A stretch of DNA of 64,000 bases from an uncultured Bacteroidota bacterium (GTDB lineage: Bacteria > Bacteroidota > Bacteroidia > Bacteroidales > SZUA-534), in the NCBI GenBank assembly GCA_946186925.1, contig CAMHPA010000011.1:5130-69129 (forward strand). The letters run 5' to 3'. Below, piece by piece: positions 26,353 to 36,700 of this stretch (positions are counted from its first letter, which is position 1; the number at the start of each line of letters is the position of its first letter). Both the position numbers and the translations under genes were made by a program. The notes beneath the pieces were generated by a model, which saw nothing but the letters and a program-made list of their open reading frames with translations, had not been told where the DNA came from and did no database searches.

Positions 26353-27459
26353 TCAATGTTTTATGAATTGCCGAATGGCGTAGCCTTGAGTTGTGTGTAT
26401 AATTACATAATTTACCCCCTGCGGTAGATTGCTTATGCTGTACGAAGCCTGTAGGCCTGCAGCAGACAGAACCCGTCCGCTTGCATTTACAAATTCCACG
26501 CTCACAATGCCGTCCCCATTAATTTGCACATAATCGGTTGCTGGATTCGGATAAATCTTTATGTCGATATTGCTGACGTTGGCGGTCTGGTGCCCGGCAA
26601 GGGAGAGAGCCACAATGTCAGAGCATTCCGTTTGGCCGTCGTAATCGGTCTGGCGCAGACGGTAATACATCACACCGGTAGCATTTGTGCTGTAATTGTA
26701 TTCATAGTTTATTATTTCCGTTGACGTGCCTGCACCGCTCACTGTTGCCAGCTCGCTGAAGTTAAGCGCATCGGTACTGTACTCAATGGTGAAGTAGTCG
26801 TTGTCCTTCTCCGAGGCCGTCTGCCACTCGAATTTTACGCCATTCGAAGTTTGACGGGCAATGAAATAGGTGAGTTCAATGGGTAGAGGTGTAATCGATA
26901 CAAGAGCTTCTGGAACATCAATATTAGCGCTTTCCAGAATCTCGGTCAATTCATTTGTTATCAATGCCAGAACTTCCCGGTCTGCATATCCCGCACCTGG
27001 CAGATATGTGTTGCATTCGTTGCCCATACTATTATCAGCCACATCAAGGATAAAATTATTGCTTCCGGTTAAACCACCGATAGCTGCAAAATCAGAGTCG
27101 TTAGATAAATTGGCATGTCCGTTTGACTCAACTACTCCGGTAACCATTACTATCGCGCCTTCTTCCACATTCACTGTAGCCCCATTTTTTATACGCAGGT
27201 TACCTTCAACAAGCAAAGTAGCACCAGTAATAGTTAATGTGCCATTAACAATAATGTTTCCTTTAACTCTAACAATTGAACCGTCAGAAATGGTCGTATT
27301 GGTGATATTATACTCGCTTTTTCCGGTATATTCTTTTATCTTATTGTTTATTACATCGGGTAAGTCAGATTTTGGTCCTCCAAATACATCACCTGCAAAG
27401 CCAGTCAACAGCAATGCCAACAAAATAATATTTTTCCTAAGTCTCATCATAGTTTCCAT
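26353..27459 (-). CDS. T9SS C-terminal-target-domain protein (beta-helix-like N-terminal region, Ig/FN3-like module, Por CTD)
   Basis: ATG at 27459 gives the signal peptide METMMRLRKNIILLALLLTGFAGDVFG. The region GSIVRVKGNIIVNGTLTITGATLLVEGNLRIKNGATVNVEEGAIVMVTG is beta-helix-like. The C-terminus IKIYPNPATDYVQINGDG...LPQGVNYVIIHTTQGYAIRQFIKH is a typical T9SS CTD. The gene is AT-rich relative to its flanks. Confidence 0.8.
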   Translation of the reverse strand: METMMRLRKNIILLALLLTGFAGDVFGGPKSDLPDVINNKIKEYTGKSEYNITNTTISDGSIVRVKGNIIVNGTLTITGATLLVEGNLRIKNGATVNVEEGAIVMVTGVVESNGHANLSNDSDFAAIGGLTGSNNFILDVADNSMGNECNTYLPGAGYADREVLALITNELTEILESANIDVPEALVSITPLPIELTYFIARQTSNGVKFEWQTASEKDNDYFTIEYSTDALNFSELATVSGAGTSTEIINYEYNYSTNATGVMYYRLRQTDYDGQTECSDIVALSLAGHQTANVSNIDIKIYPNPATDYVQINGDGIVSVEFVNASGRVLSAAGLQASYSISNLPQGVNYVIIHTTQGYAIRQFIKH

Positions 27460-27573
27460 TTTTTTGTTGCTTATATACGAACCTTTTGAAAATTTGTTCG
27501 TTTTTGCTCGCGTTTTAATAGTAAACTTACTGATTGTCAGAACATTACCATTGTGCGCTTTGAAATGTGAAAT

Positions 27574-27665
27574 CAAAATCAAAGTTCTCGGCTCGCCTTC
27601 GACGTCAGAGCTTTGCAAGAGATTGTGTTAGATAACTGAAGACGATTCGGGCGGCTTTTTTTAGT
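27574..27665. repeat. direct repeat copy 2 (relic of the P-II-like gene 3' end and terminator)
   Basis: The sequence is aaaatcaaagttctcgGctcgccttcgacgtcagag...gttagataactgaagacgattcggGcggcttttttt. In frame it still encodes KIKVLGSPST, against KIKVLDSPST at the real gene end. Confidence 0.85.
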
Positions 27666-27751
27666 ATATTTAACGTGTCAGTAGAGGTGGGTCCCATTAC
27701 TTGCTGTTTTCCCGAAAAACCATTTTCTTTGCCACACAAAATAATACGAAT

Positions 27752-28303
27752 ATGAAAATAGAAAATGGAAAAATGGTGTCGGTGACTTACGAGTTGAAGT
27801 ATGACGACGCTGATGCGAAACTGATAGAAGTGTGTGATAAAAGCCGTCCGCTGACATTCCTATTCGGTGCTGGCATGATGTTGCCGCATTTCGAGAAGAA
27901 TCTTGATGGCCTTGAGAATGGCTCGTTGTTCGATTTTGTGCTGACAGCCGATCAGGCTTACGGTCAGGTTACTGAAGAAGCCATTGTCGATGTGCCAATT
28001 AATGTCTTTCAGGATGAAAGCGGTAAAGTGAACAAGGAACTTATTACCGTTGGCAACACAATTCCTATGATGGATGCCCACGGAAACCGTCTGCATGGCG
28101 TTGTTGTGTCATCGACAGCTGAGGCGGTGAAAATGGATTTCAACCACCCGCTTGCAGGTGCCGACCTTCATTTTAAAGGCAAAGTGATTGAAGTTCGCAA
28201 TCCCACTATGGCCGAGCTTGAACGCAATTGCGGCGGAGGTTGTGGGGGTGGTTGCAACTGCGCCGACAAAGGCAAAGATAGTGGTTGCAGCGGTTGCTGC
28301 TAA
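27752..28303 (+). CDS. slyD: FKBP-type peptidyl-prolyl cis-trans isomerase SlyD-like, with Cys/Gly-rich C-terminal tail
   Basis: MKIENGKMVSVTYELKYDD...PLTFLFGAGMMLPHFEKNLDGL...MDFNHPLAGADLHFKGKVIEVR shows the FKBP + IF-domain architecture. The tail is CGGGCGGGCNCADKGKDSGCSGCC. Confidence 0.85.
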   Translation: MKIENGKMVSVTYELKYDDADAKLIEVCDKSRPLTFLFGAGMMLPHFEKNLDGLENGSLFDFVLTADQAYGQVTEEAIVDVPINVFQDESGKVNKELITVGNTIPMMDAHGNRLHGVVVSSTAEAVKMDFNHPLAGADLHFKGKVIEVRNPTMAELERNCGGGCGGGCNCADKGKDSGCSGCC

Positions 28304-28328
28304 CCTAATCCGCAAATTGTATATCATC

Positions 28329-28360
28329 AAGGCTTCACAGTGTGAAGCCTTATTTATTTA
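28329..28360 (+). terminator. rho-independent terminator after slyD
   Basis: Perfect 11-bp stem aaggcttcaca / tgtgaagcctt, followed by atttattta. Confidence 0.65.
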
Positions 28361-28466
28361 GTTTTAAGGGGGATTTTATCAGAAATTCATACATTGTTCA
28401 TCGGTTCGTCCAAAAGCTCTGCGCCCTCATTCATCAATTCAATGTCCGAAGTCTGTAGTCCGATGT

Positions 28467-29822
28467 CTATTTAACATCCTTCACAAAACTCTTCGTCGTC
28501 CATTTCAGGCCCCACCAGCGCTTAATAAACACGCCAGCGCGGATGTTCTCGTCGAGCACGAAGGCCACCCACATTCCAATCAGGCCCCAGCCGAAGCCAA
28601 TGCCGAACAGGTAACTCAGCCCGACTGACACCGTCCACATTACGCCAATGCCCAGCAACACAGGGAAATAAATGTCGCCAGCCGAACGCAGGGCGTTCAC
28701 GGCGAACACGTTCACGGCGCGGCCGAATTCCAGCACCACATCAATCCAGAGAATGACAACGCCCATTGCAATAATCTCTTGATTATCAGTAAGGAAATTG
28801 AATATAAACTTGCCGAATATCGCAAAAATCACCGACACCACAATCGACGTTACAACGGCAATCTTCATCACCAACTTGCCGAAAACAAAGGCCGCGCGCG
28901 GACGGCGGTCGCCCACAAGGTGCCCAATGGTTATGGCACCGCTTTGGCCCACCGAAACCGAGAACAGATAGACGAACATTATAATGTTCATACAGTAGGT
29001 GCGGGTGGCCAGCGCTTCGTTGCTTATCATATTGATAAAGTAGGTGATAACCACCATCGAAAGGCTGTACGACATCTGCTCGCCAGCCGAAGGAACGCCA
29101 ATGTGCAGCAGTTTTTTGAGTTCGCCGAACGGGAAGGGGCGGAACAGCGCGCGCGGAAAGTGCCGAACGTGCTTTGTCTTAAGCAGATAGAGCAGCGCGA
29201 GCATTGCAATGGTGCGGCAAGCGGCGGTGGAAATAGCCGCACCTTCGACACCCAGCGCGGGCATCCCGAACTTGCCGAAAATCAGCGTGTAGTTGCCAAT
29301 CACGTTGACAATGTTCACCACAAGCGTCACCATCATCGGATAGACGGCTTTGTTGGCGCTTCGCAGCGACGCCGACGCAGCCATCGATATTGCTTGCGCG
29401 AAGGCGAACGAGCCCACAATTCGCATATATGAAAGACCGTCGGGCATCAGTTCGGGACGAAGCCCCATCAGGTGCAGAATATTGCCCGCAAAAAAGAACA
29501 TCAGGCAACTGATAATCAGGCCGAAAGTGGCGTTCAGCACAAGCGACACGCCAACCGTCTGCGTCACCTTGTCCGACAGTTTTGCGCCAATGTACTGCGA
29601 GCATAGGATAGAAGTGCCCAGCGCCGTGACTTCGAACACCAGGAAAATCATACTCACCAGTTGGTTCACCATACCCACGGCGGCCACGCTGTTGTCAGAA
29701 TGTTGGCTCAACATTATGGTATCGACCGCGCCCAGCGTCATCACCAGCAGGGTTTCCATAAAGATTGGCCCCGCCAGCAGCGCCAGTTGTTTTTGCAGGC
29801 CGTCGAGTTGAAAAACTTTCAT
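28467..29822 (-). CDS. MATE family efflux transporter
   Basis: 12 TM helices. The N-terminus LLAGPIFMETLLVMTLGAVDTIMLSQ, an internal duplication, and GVPSAGEQMSYSL are typical of MATE/NorM proteins. Confidence 0.9.
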   Translation of the reverse strand: MKVFQLDGLQKQLALLAGPIFMETLLVMTLGAVDTIMLSQHSDNSVAAVGMVNQLVSMIFLVFEVTALGTSILCSQYIGAKLSDKVTQTVGVSLVLNATFGLIISCLMFFFAGNILHLMGLRPELMPDGLSYMRIVGSFAFAQAISMAASASLRSANKAVYPMMVTLVVNIVNVIGNYTLIFGKFGMPALGVEGAAISTAACRTIAMLALLYLLKTKHVRHFPRALFRPFPFGELKKLLHIGVPSAGEQMSYSLSMVVITYFINMISNEALATRTYCMNIIMFVYLFSVSVGQSGAITIGHLVGDRRPRAAFVFGKLVMKIAVVTSIVVSVIFAIFGKFIFNFLTDNQEIIAMGVVILWIDVVLEFGRAVNVFAVNALRSAGDIYFPVLLGIGVMWTVSVGLSYLFGIGFGWGLIGMWVAFVLDENIRAGVFIKRWWGLKWTTKSFVKDVK

Positions 29823-29836
29823 TGTTTGAAATAACT

Positions 29837-29940
29837 GATTGAAGGACTGAAGGATTGAAGGACTGACTAATTGATAATCGTGTTTAAAGTTGAACAGGTT
29901 GAATTAGTCGTAACTCGTAATTCATAATTCATAATTCAAT
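29837..29940. repeat. spacer built from stutter repeats: GAYTGAAG x4 (29837-29867) and CRTAATT x4.5 (29909-29940)
   Basis: The first run reads gattgaag gactgaag gattgaag gactga. The second reads cgtaact cgtaatt cataatt cataatt caat, which is the reverse complement of the AATTAYG heptamers at 60776-60810. The GAYTGAAG word recurs at 38923-38962 and 45660-45678. Confidence 0.85.
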
Positions 29941-30000
29941 CAAATCTGTGAAAATCAGTTCAATTTGCGTCATCTGTGTTCAAAAATACATCGCTCTAAA

Positions 30001-31185
30001 TCAGTTCCCCGTAATCCGTTTCAGCGCGCCCGTTTCAGGCTCAAATTCAATCGAATACTTGTGATTGTTGAGATAGTCGGACGGCATCGGCACAACCACG
30101 CCTTTCTGCGCGATTCCGAACTGTCCGCTGAAGTATTGTTGGCCATCGTAATCAACTGATACCGAAACTGTTGCGGGGATTCGGTGGTAGAGCCCGTATT
30201 TTATGCTCGACGACGATTTCGACGACGTGTCAACTTCCTTAATCGACACCTTTGGCGAACTTGTCAATGTCTTGATTGTCATTGTGATAGGATAGGTGTC
30301 GTTGCGTTTTCCTGTTTTTGAGAAATAACTCAACGAGATTTGTTCGTCTTCTGTCTTGCCATTCGGCGTTACCACAAACGACTGTGTGTAAGTGCTTTTG
30401 ACGCTCTTACCTACAAAAAGACTTAAATATTCGTTTTCCAGGCGGTCGAGTTCGGCAATCATCAGTTTCAGCGCCTTGCCGCTTGGGTTGTTGGCTTCTT
30501 CGGCAATGCCTGCAACAAGTTTCAGGCGGCGTTTGCGGATTTTGCGAATGAAAGCGGCGGCCGCGTCGGCGTTCTCTTCTTCGGTCATCACAATGGGCTG
30601 CTGCTGTTTCGGCTTCTTCACTTCAACCGAGTCTTCTTCATTCGTATCTTCTTCTTCTTCAATAACTATGAACGGCTTCACGCCCATATCCAAAAAGGTG
30701 ATTGGCTTTGCGTCGGGTTCAGCGTTGTTCTGTGGTTTTGGCGCCTTGTAACCTTCTATGACGCGCGGGCAGTTGCAGGCCAGAATGGTGCCGTCGGCGT
30801 TCAGTTGAACCATCGGCAGATTGTCGATTCCTGTGAAATTGATTGCGTAGAGTTGGCTCGTGTCGGGCTGACTGATACGTTCAACTTTCACATTCTCAAT
30901 CGAATAAGCGGTTTCCGACTCGTTGATAATGCCTGTGGTTATGTTCAGATATTTCTCGGCGTATTGTGCATACGGACCTTTGGCCTTCACCGTTTTTTCG
31001 ATTTTCAGGCTGACCATCAGCGAATTGCTTGGTAATGAGTAAAATACTTGGTGCCCATCGACATTCATCTCACCTTGAACAGGCGTTACAAAATAACTGT
31101 TCTCAACATCTTTTTGGCCGAAAGCCACTGTTGCCGAAGTTAAAGCAGCGATTGAGATAATCAATTTCAAACTATTCATTGTCAA
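30001..31185 (-). CDS. secreted hypothetical protein (possibly DUF4831 family)
   Basis: Signal peptide MTMNSLKLIISIAALTSATVAFGQ. No catalytic motif was recognised. An acidic/lysine-rich central linker (EEEEDTNEEDSVEVKKPKQQQP) is present. The start overlaps the nnr stop by 14 nt. The family assignment is from memory only. Confidence 0.45.
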   Translation of the reverse strand: MTMNSLKLIISIAALTSATVAFGQKDVENSYFVTPVQGEMNVDGHQVFYSLPSNSLMVSLKIEKTVKAKGPYAQYAEKYLNITTGIINESETAYSIENVKVERISQPDTSQLYAINFTGIDNLPMVQLNADGTILACNCPRVIEGYKAPKPQNNAEPDAKPITFLDMGVKPFIVIEEEEDTNEEDSVEVKKPKQQQPIVMTEEENADAAAAFIRKIRKRRLKLVAGIAEEANNPSGKALKLMIAELDRLENEYLSLFVGKSVKSTYTQSFVVTPNGKTEDEQISLSYFSKTGKRNDTYPITMTIKTLTSSPKVSIKEVDTSSKSSSSIKYGLYHRIPATVSVSVDYDGQQYFSGQFGIAQKGVVVPMPSDYLNNHKYSIEFEPETGALKRITGN

Positions 31186-32695
31186 TATCTTTTAGTTTCA
31201 GAAACGCTTTCCCTATATTGTCGATAATGTTGCTTGCCGTAACAAATTCCATACCATTGGCTCGGGCGGCAATATCGCCAGCCAGACCGTGCAGCCCCAC
31301 GCCCAGAACCGCGGCGTCGGCGGGGGAATAGTTTTGAGCCAGCAAAGATAAGATAATTCCCGTCAAAACATCGCCGCTGCCCGCCGTGGCCATTCCCGCA
31401 TTGCCCGTGGAGTTGAAGCGCACGGTGCCGTCGGGCATTGCCACCGAAGTAAACGCGCCCTTGAGCACAATTATTATATTGTGTCGGCGCGCCAGGTCGA
31501 TTTGCGTCTGCAGCCGCTCGTAGCCCGTCGTGTGGCGGTGCGTCAGGCGGTCGAACTCGCCAGGGTGCGGCGTAAGTATTGTATTGGGTTTCAGCAGTTT
31601 GAACATTTCTTGATTGGCGGCGATAATGTTGAGAGCGTCTGCGTCAATCACCATTGGCGCGGTGCAGTTTTGCAGCAGTTGCGCCAGTCCGTTGCGTGCG
31701 GCGTCGCTCTGCCCAATGCCAGGCCCAATGCCAATGGCCGAAAACCGTTGCAGACGGTCGGCCGCGCTGTATTCCATCTGACTGTCGTCGATATTCAGAA
31801 TTACTTCAGGCACAGCCGTTTGCATAATCTGATAGGCCGATTGCGGAACGTGCGCCGTGAGCAGTCCGCAGCCCGCGTGCAGGCACGCCCGCGACGCCAG
31901 AACGGCCGCACCGCTCATTTGGTAACTGCCCGCCGTGAGCAGCGCGTGGCCGAACGTGCCCTTGTGCGCAAACCGCGGACGGGGCTTCACAAGCCGCGCC
32001 AAATCGCGCTTTTGGGTCAGGCTGAAAGGTGTTTCGGCGCTGTCGATAGCCTGTTTGCTAATGCCGATTGGAAGAATGTCGAAATCGCCAACAAACTGCT
32101 CATTTTCAGCAAAGAAGAATGACAGTTTCGGCAGTTGAAGGCTCAGCGTGTTGTTGGCCTTAATGATTGCGCCTGTGTTCGCCCGATTGTCGGTGCAGAA
32201 CAATCCCGACGGAATGTCGATTGCAATCGTCTCATTTCCAGCACTATTGATATGCTCAATCAGTTCTGCCCAATAGCCTTCGACGGGGCGGTTCAGGCCC
32301 GAGCCGAAAATGCCGTCGATAATCACGCTGTGGGGCTTGATTTCGGGCAGCGCATCGCCTTTGTTAATGAATGTAACGCTCACGCCTTCAGTGTTTTGCA
32401 AGCGTTCGAGATTCTGTTGGCAGTCGGGCGAGTTGTTGCCAATGTTAAGTTTGTAAACCGTCACGCCGCCGCCGAACATTTTCGCCAACTGCCGAGCCAC
32501 GGCCAGCGCGTCGCCGCCATTGTTGCCCGAACCTGCAAAAACGGTAAACTGTGTGTCGCAGTAAAAGTAATTCCCTGTCAGCCAATCGGTTATTGCGTCA
32601 GCGGCACGTTCCATCAAATCGATAGAAGCAATGGGCTCGTTTTCGATAGTAAATCGGTCGCAGGCTCTGATTTGTGCAGCATCGAGAATTTTCAT
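31172..32695 (-). CDS. nnr: bifunctional NAD(P)H-hydrate repair enzyme (epimerase + ADP-dependent dehydratase)
   Basis: YjeF_N half: FAGSGNNGGDALAVARQL. C-terminal carbohydrate-kinase half: KGTFGHALLTAGSYQMSGAAVLA, VIDADAL, TPHPGEF, GNAGMATAGSGDVLTG. Confidence 0.9.
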   Translation of the reverse strand: MKILDAAQIRACDRFTIENEPIASIDLMERAADAITDWLTGNYFYCDTQFTVFAGSGNNGGDALAVARQLAKMFGGGVTVYKLNIGNNSPDCQQNLERLQNTEGVSVTFINKGDALPEIKPHSVIIDGIFGSGLNRPVEGYWAELIEHINSAGNETIAIDIPSGLFCTDNRANTGAIIKANNTLSLQLPKLSFFFAENEQFVGDFDILPIGISKQAIDSAETPFSLTQKRDLARLVKPRPRFAHKGTFGHALLTAGSYQMSGAAVLASRACLHAGCGLLTAHVPQSAYQIMQTAVPEVILNIDDSQMEYSAADRLQRFSAIGIGPGIGQSDAARNGLAQLLQNCTAPMVIDADALNIIAANQEMFKLLKPNTILTPHPGEFDRLTHRHTTGYERLQTQIDLARRHNIIIVLKGAFTSVAMPDGTVRFNSTGNAGMATAGSGDVLTGIILSLLAQNYSPADAAVLGVGLHGLAGDIAARANGMEFVTASNIIDNIGKAFLKLKDIDNE

Positions 32696-32712
32696 TATTT
32701 ATTGAATATCAA

Positions 32713-33426
32713 TTACTTCTCAATATCGCTAAAATCGAACACTTCATCGTTTTTCAGTTCGATAAGCGTCTCGTTCTCGCACTTGATAATGCGGCCGGGG
32801 AATTCCTTAATCATCGAGTAATCGTGCGTGGCAATGAGCACGGCGCGGCCGTTGTGGCTGATTTCGGTGAGCAGCGTCAGAATGCCGCGCGACGTTTCGG
32901 GGTCGAGATTGCCAGTGGGCTCGTCGGCCAGAATGATTTCGGGGTTGTTGAGCAGTGCGCGCGCAATCACCACGCGCTGCTGTTCGCCGCCCGACAGTTC
33001 GTTGGGCATCTTGTAGCCCTTCTGCGACAGCCCAACCTTGTTCAGCACGTCCTGAATGCGGTTCTCAATCTCGATTTTGTTCTTCCAGCCCGTGGCCTTG
33101 AGCACAAAAAGCAGATTCTCGTGCACGTTGCGGTCGGTTAGCAGTTGAAAGTCCTGAAACACAATGCCCAACTTGCGGCGCAGGTAGGGGATTTGCTTGC
33201 GGCGCAGGCTCTCGAGTTGGAAGCCCGCCACGGTGCCGCTGCCCTTTGCGAGCGGAAGGTCGGCGTAGAGCGTTTTGAGCAGACTGCTCTTGCCGCTTCC
33301 AGTGCGGCCGATAAGGTAAACCAACTCACCGCTGTCGATTTTCAAGTTTATGTTGGTGAGAATCACGTTGTCAGGCTGCGCAATTGTTGCGTCGGTCAGT
33401 TGAATTTTGGTGTCCATTGTGTCCAT
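32713..33426 (-). CDS. ftsE: cell-division ABC ATPase FtsE
   Basis: Walker A GRTGSGKSSLLK, signature LSGGEQQRVVIARAL, Walker B ILADEPTGNLD, H-loop IATHD. ATG at 33426 (MDTMDTKIQL). Confidence 0.85.
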   Translation of the reverse strand: MDTMDTKIQLTDATIAQPDNVILTNINLKIDSGELVYLIGRTGSGKSSLLKTLYADLPLAKGSGTVAGFQLESLRRKQIPYLRRKLGIVFQDFQLLTDRNVHENLLFVLKATGWKNKIEIENRIQDVLNKVGLSQKGYKMPNELSGGEQQRVVIARALLNNPEIILADEPTGNLDPETSRGILTLLTEISHNGRAVLIATHDYSMIKEFPGRIIKCENETLIELKNDEVFDFSDIEK

Positions 33427-33726
33427 CGTATCACTGTTTTTATTGATTTTCCAAATTGAATTATGCGATTGCAGCACCCCAAACGGTGCCTTCCATACAA
33501 AATTCAAAAGTATTATTTAGAGTGTTCAAAGGGTGCAATGGGCGGTGCATTTAATAAACACTCACTTGTTAATTAAAACCTTCGTCGCACAAATTGCGTG
33601 TGGCTGAAAACGATTTTATTTGTTTCGGATAAAAAGAGTCGGATTTGGGCGGAAATTGGCACCGGTTCGGCCGAAAATTGGAATAGAAACGGGGAGCGGG
33701 AGCGTTCCCATTTAGTTCATTCTTTT

Positions 33727-36700
33727 ATGCGTAGAAAATTATTGGCCAAATGTTTGGCGGCTGTTATCTCACTAACGGCTTTAAGTGCTTCGGCACAGAA
33801 ATCGATAATCTATAACGACGAGGACTACGATTACCGCGTAGGCGTCGATTTGTTCAGCAAGCAGCATTATTCGCAGGCTCAGGAGTTCTTTGAGCGGGTG
33901 GTGGCGCGTTACGGCAACGAGTTTGCCGACATCAAGGCCGACGCCGAATACTACGCTGCGCTTTGCGCCCTTGAGCTCTTCAACAACGACGCAGAGTACC
34001 GCATCGGCAAGTTCATCAGCGACTATCCCGAGAGTCCGCGTACGCGCACGGCTTACTTCGAAATGGGCCGCTACCAGTACCGCGTGAACCACTACCGTGA
34101 GGCCATCGAGTACTTTGACAAGGTGTGGAAGCAGCACCTGAACCGCGACCAGCAGGCCGAGCTCTACTTCAAGAAGGGCTACAGCTACTTCAAGCTCGGG
34201 CAGACCGAGAAGGCGCAGAAAATGTTCTACGAGCTGATTGACAAGAACAACAAATATTCGGCGCCGGCCATCTATTTCTACGCTCATTTGGCCTACACTA
34301 ATAAGAATTATGAGACGGCGCTCAACAATTTTGCCAAAATCGAGAACGACCCGGCTTTCGCGCCCATCGTGCCGTACTACAGGGTGCAGATTTACTTCCT
34401 TCAGGGGAAAGACGACAAGGTGCTTGAGTTGGGCAAGGAGCTGCTCGACCAGGGCGACGCCAAGCGTCAGGCCGAAATGTCGCGCATAGTGGGTGAGGCG
34501 CTCTACAACAAAGAGCTCTACGCCGAGGCGCTGCCTTATCTTGAGACCTACAAGAGCAACGCCAGCAACTACACCCGCGAGGACATCTACCAGTTGGGCT
34601 ACGCCTATTTCAAGACCGGCGAGTTTGAGAAGACGGTGAGCACAATGTCGAACGTGACGAACCTTGACGACGCGCTTACGCAGAACGCCTATTTCCACAT
34701 CGCTTACGCGAATATGAAGATTGAGCAGAAGGAGCAGGCCCGAATGGCTTTCGAGGCTGCGGCAAAATACGATTTCAACGCTCGCATTCAGGAGCAGGCG
34801 CTGCTCAACTACGCAAAACTGTCATATGAATTGTCGTACTCGCCATTTAACGAGACGGTGCGCGCCTTTAACAAATATTTGGAGAAATACCCCAAATCGA
34901 TTCACCGCGACGAGGCCTACGGCTATTTGGTGAAGGCCTACCTGTCGTCGAAAAACTATCAGGCGGCGCTCGAATCGTTGGCCAAAATCGAGAACAAGAC
35001 AGCCGAGATGCAGTCGGCGTGGCAGCGTGTGGCCTATTTCCGCGGCCTTGAGCTCTTCAACAATCTGAAGTTCGACGAGTCGGTGGAGGCGTTCAACCAG
35101 GCCATATCGCTTAAAGCGTACGACAAGGAGATACGCGCCTTGGCAAGCTATTGGAAGGCCGAGGCTCTCTACCGCCAGGAGCGCTACCACGATGCCGCCG
35201 ACGCCTACAACCAACTGCTCACAACGCCCGGCGCCTACACAATGCCCGAGTACAAGACGTGCTACTACAACATTGGCTACTGCTATTTCAAGACCAAGGA
35301 GTACACCAAGTCGGCCGATTGGTTCCGCAAATATGTTGAGAAACCCGCCGAGGCCGACACCGCAAAACTTGCCGACAGTTACATCCGCATTGGCGACTGC
35401 TATTTTGTGACATCGAAGTTCAACGATGCCGTGATGTTCTACGGAATGGCCGCCGACCTTGACAAGTTCGATGCCGAATACGCGCTCTTCCAGAAGGGTT
35501 TTGCGATGGGATTAGACAAGAACTTGCACGGCAAGATTTTGGCAATGAGCGATTTGCTTGCGCGATACCCGAAATCGAAATACGCCGCCGACGCACTCTT
35601 TGAGCGTGGCCGCGCCTACACAATTCTCGATTCCACACAGTTGGCAATCAGCGATTTCCGCTCGTTGGCGAAGACCTATCCGAACAGCTCTTATGTGGTT
35701 AAATCAATGCTTCAAACGGGCTTGCTTTACTATGCTGATGGTCAGAACTATTTGGCAATCGACAACTTCAAAAACGTGATTGAGAAGTACCCGGGCTCAT
35801 CGGAAGCCGACGAGGCGCTGTTCGCCCTGAAGAACGTCTATGTGGATATGAACAAGGTTGACGACTATTTCGACTACGTGCAGAGCAAGGGCAACCTTGG
35901 CAACATCGACCAGAACGAGCGTGACTCGCTTACCTACGCATCGGCCGAAAAAGTCTATATGTCAGGCAATTGGACCGAAGCCGCAGGCCTGTTCGACAGC
36001 TATTTGGATAAGTTCCCCGCCGGCCGTTTCTCGCTCAACGCCACTTACTACCGCGGCGACTGCAACCTGAAACTGCACAAGAACAGCGAGGCCAAAGCCG
36101 ATTTTATTGCCGTGGCCGGAAAACAAAAAAACACCTTCACCGAGGCGGCGCTGCTATCGTCTGCCACCTTGGCCGAGAACGACAAGGACTACAAGCAGGC
36201 ATACGACCTTTATAAACAGTTGGAAGACAATGCTGAAGTGAAGTCGAACCTGATGATTGCGCGCGAGGGGCAGATGAAAACGGCCTTTGCCGACAGCAAC
36301 TTCAACAACGCGCTTGAGTCGGCTCGCAAGCTGCTCATAACCGACAAGGTTTCGGACGAGCAGGTGCGCACGGCCCGCCACATTATGGCCGTAAGTTACT
36401 ATCAGACAAACCAATTGGACCCGGCCATCACGCAGTTCCGCATTCTGGCGCAGGATATGAACAGCCGCGAGGGTGCCGAGGCACAGTATATGGTTGCTCG
36501 TATGTTGTTCGAACAGAACGAGTTGCAGAAGTCGGAAGATGAGATTAACAACCTTATCGGTTCGGGCACGCCGCATATTTATTGGATTGCAAAATCGTTC
36601 TTCCTGCTGTCCGACATCTGTATGAGCCGCAACGACCGCTTCCAGGCCAAAGCCAACCTGCAGAGCGTTATCGACAACTACGGCGACGACAGCGATGGCA

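Noticed and set aside
26870-27631. 253-aa + strand ORF opposite the T9SS cargo gene
   Set aside because: It is an antisense shadow. Only its last ~18 codons are meaningful, as the relic copy of the P-II-like gene end (reported as a repeat).
33781-34698. 305-aa minus-strand ORF inside the TPR gene
   Set aside because: It is antisense to a gene with clear TPR periodicity. The product is a monotonous V/L/R/H sequence.
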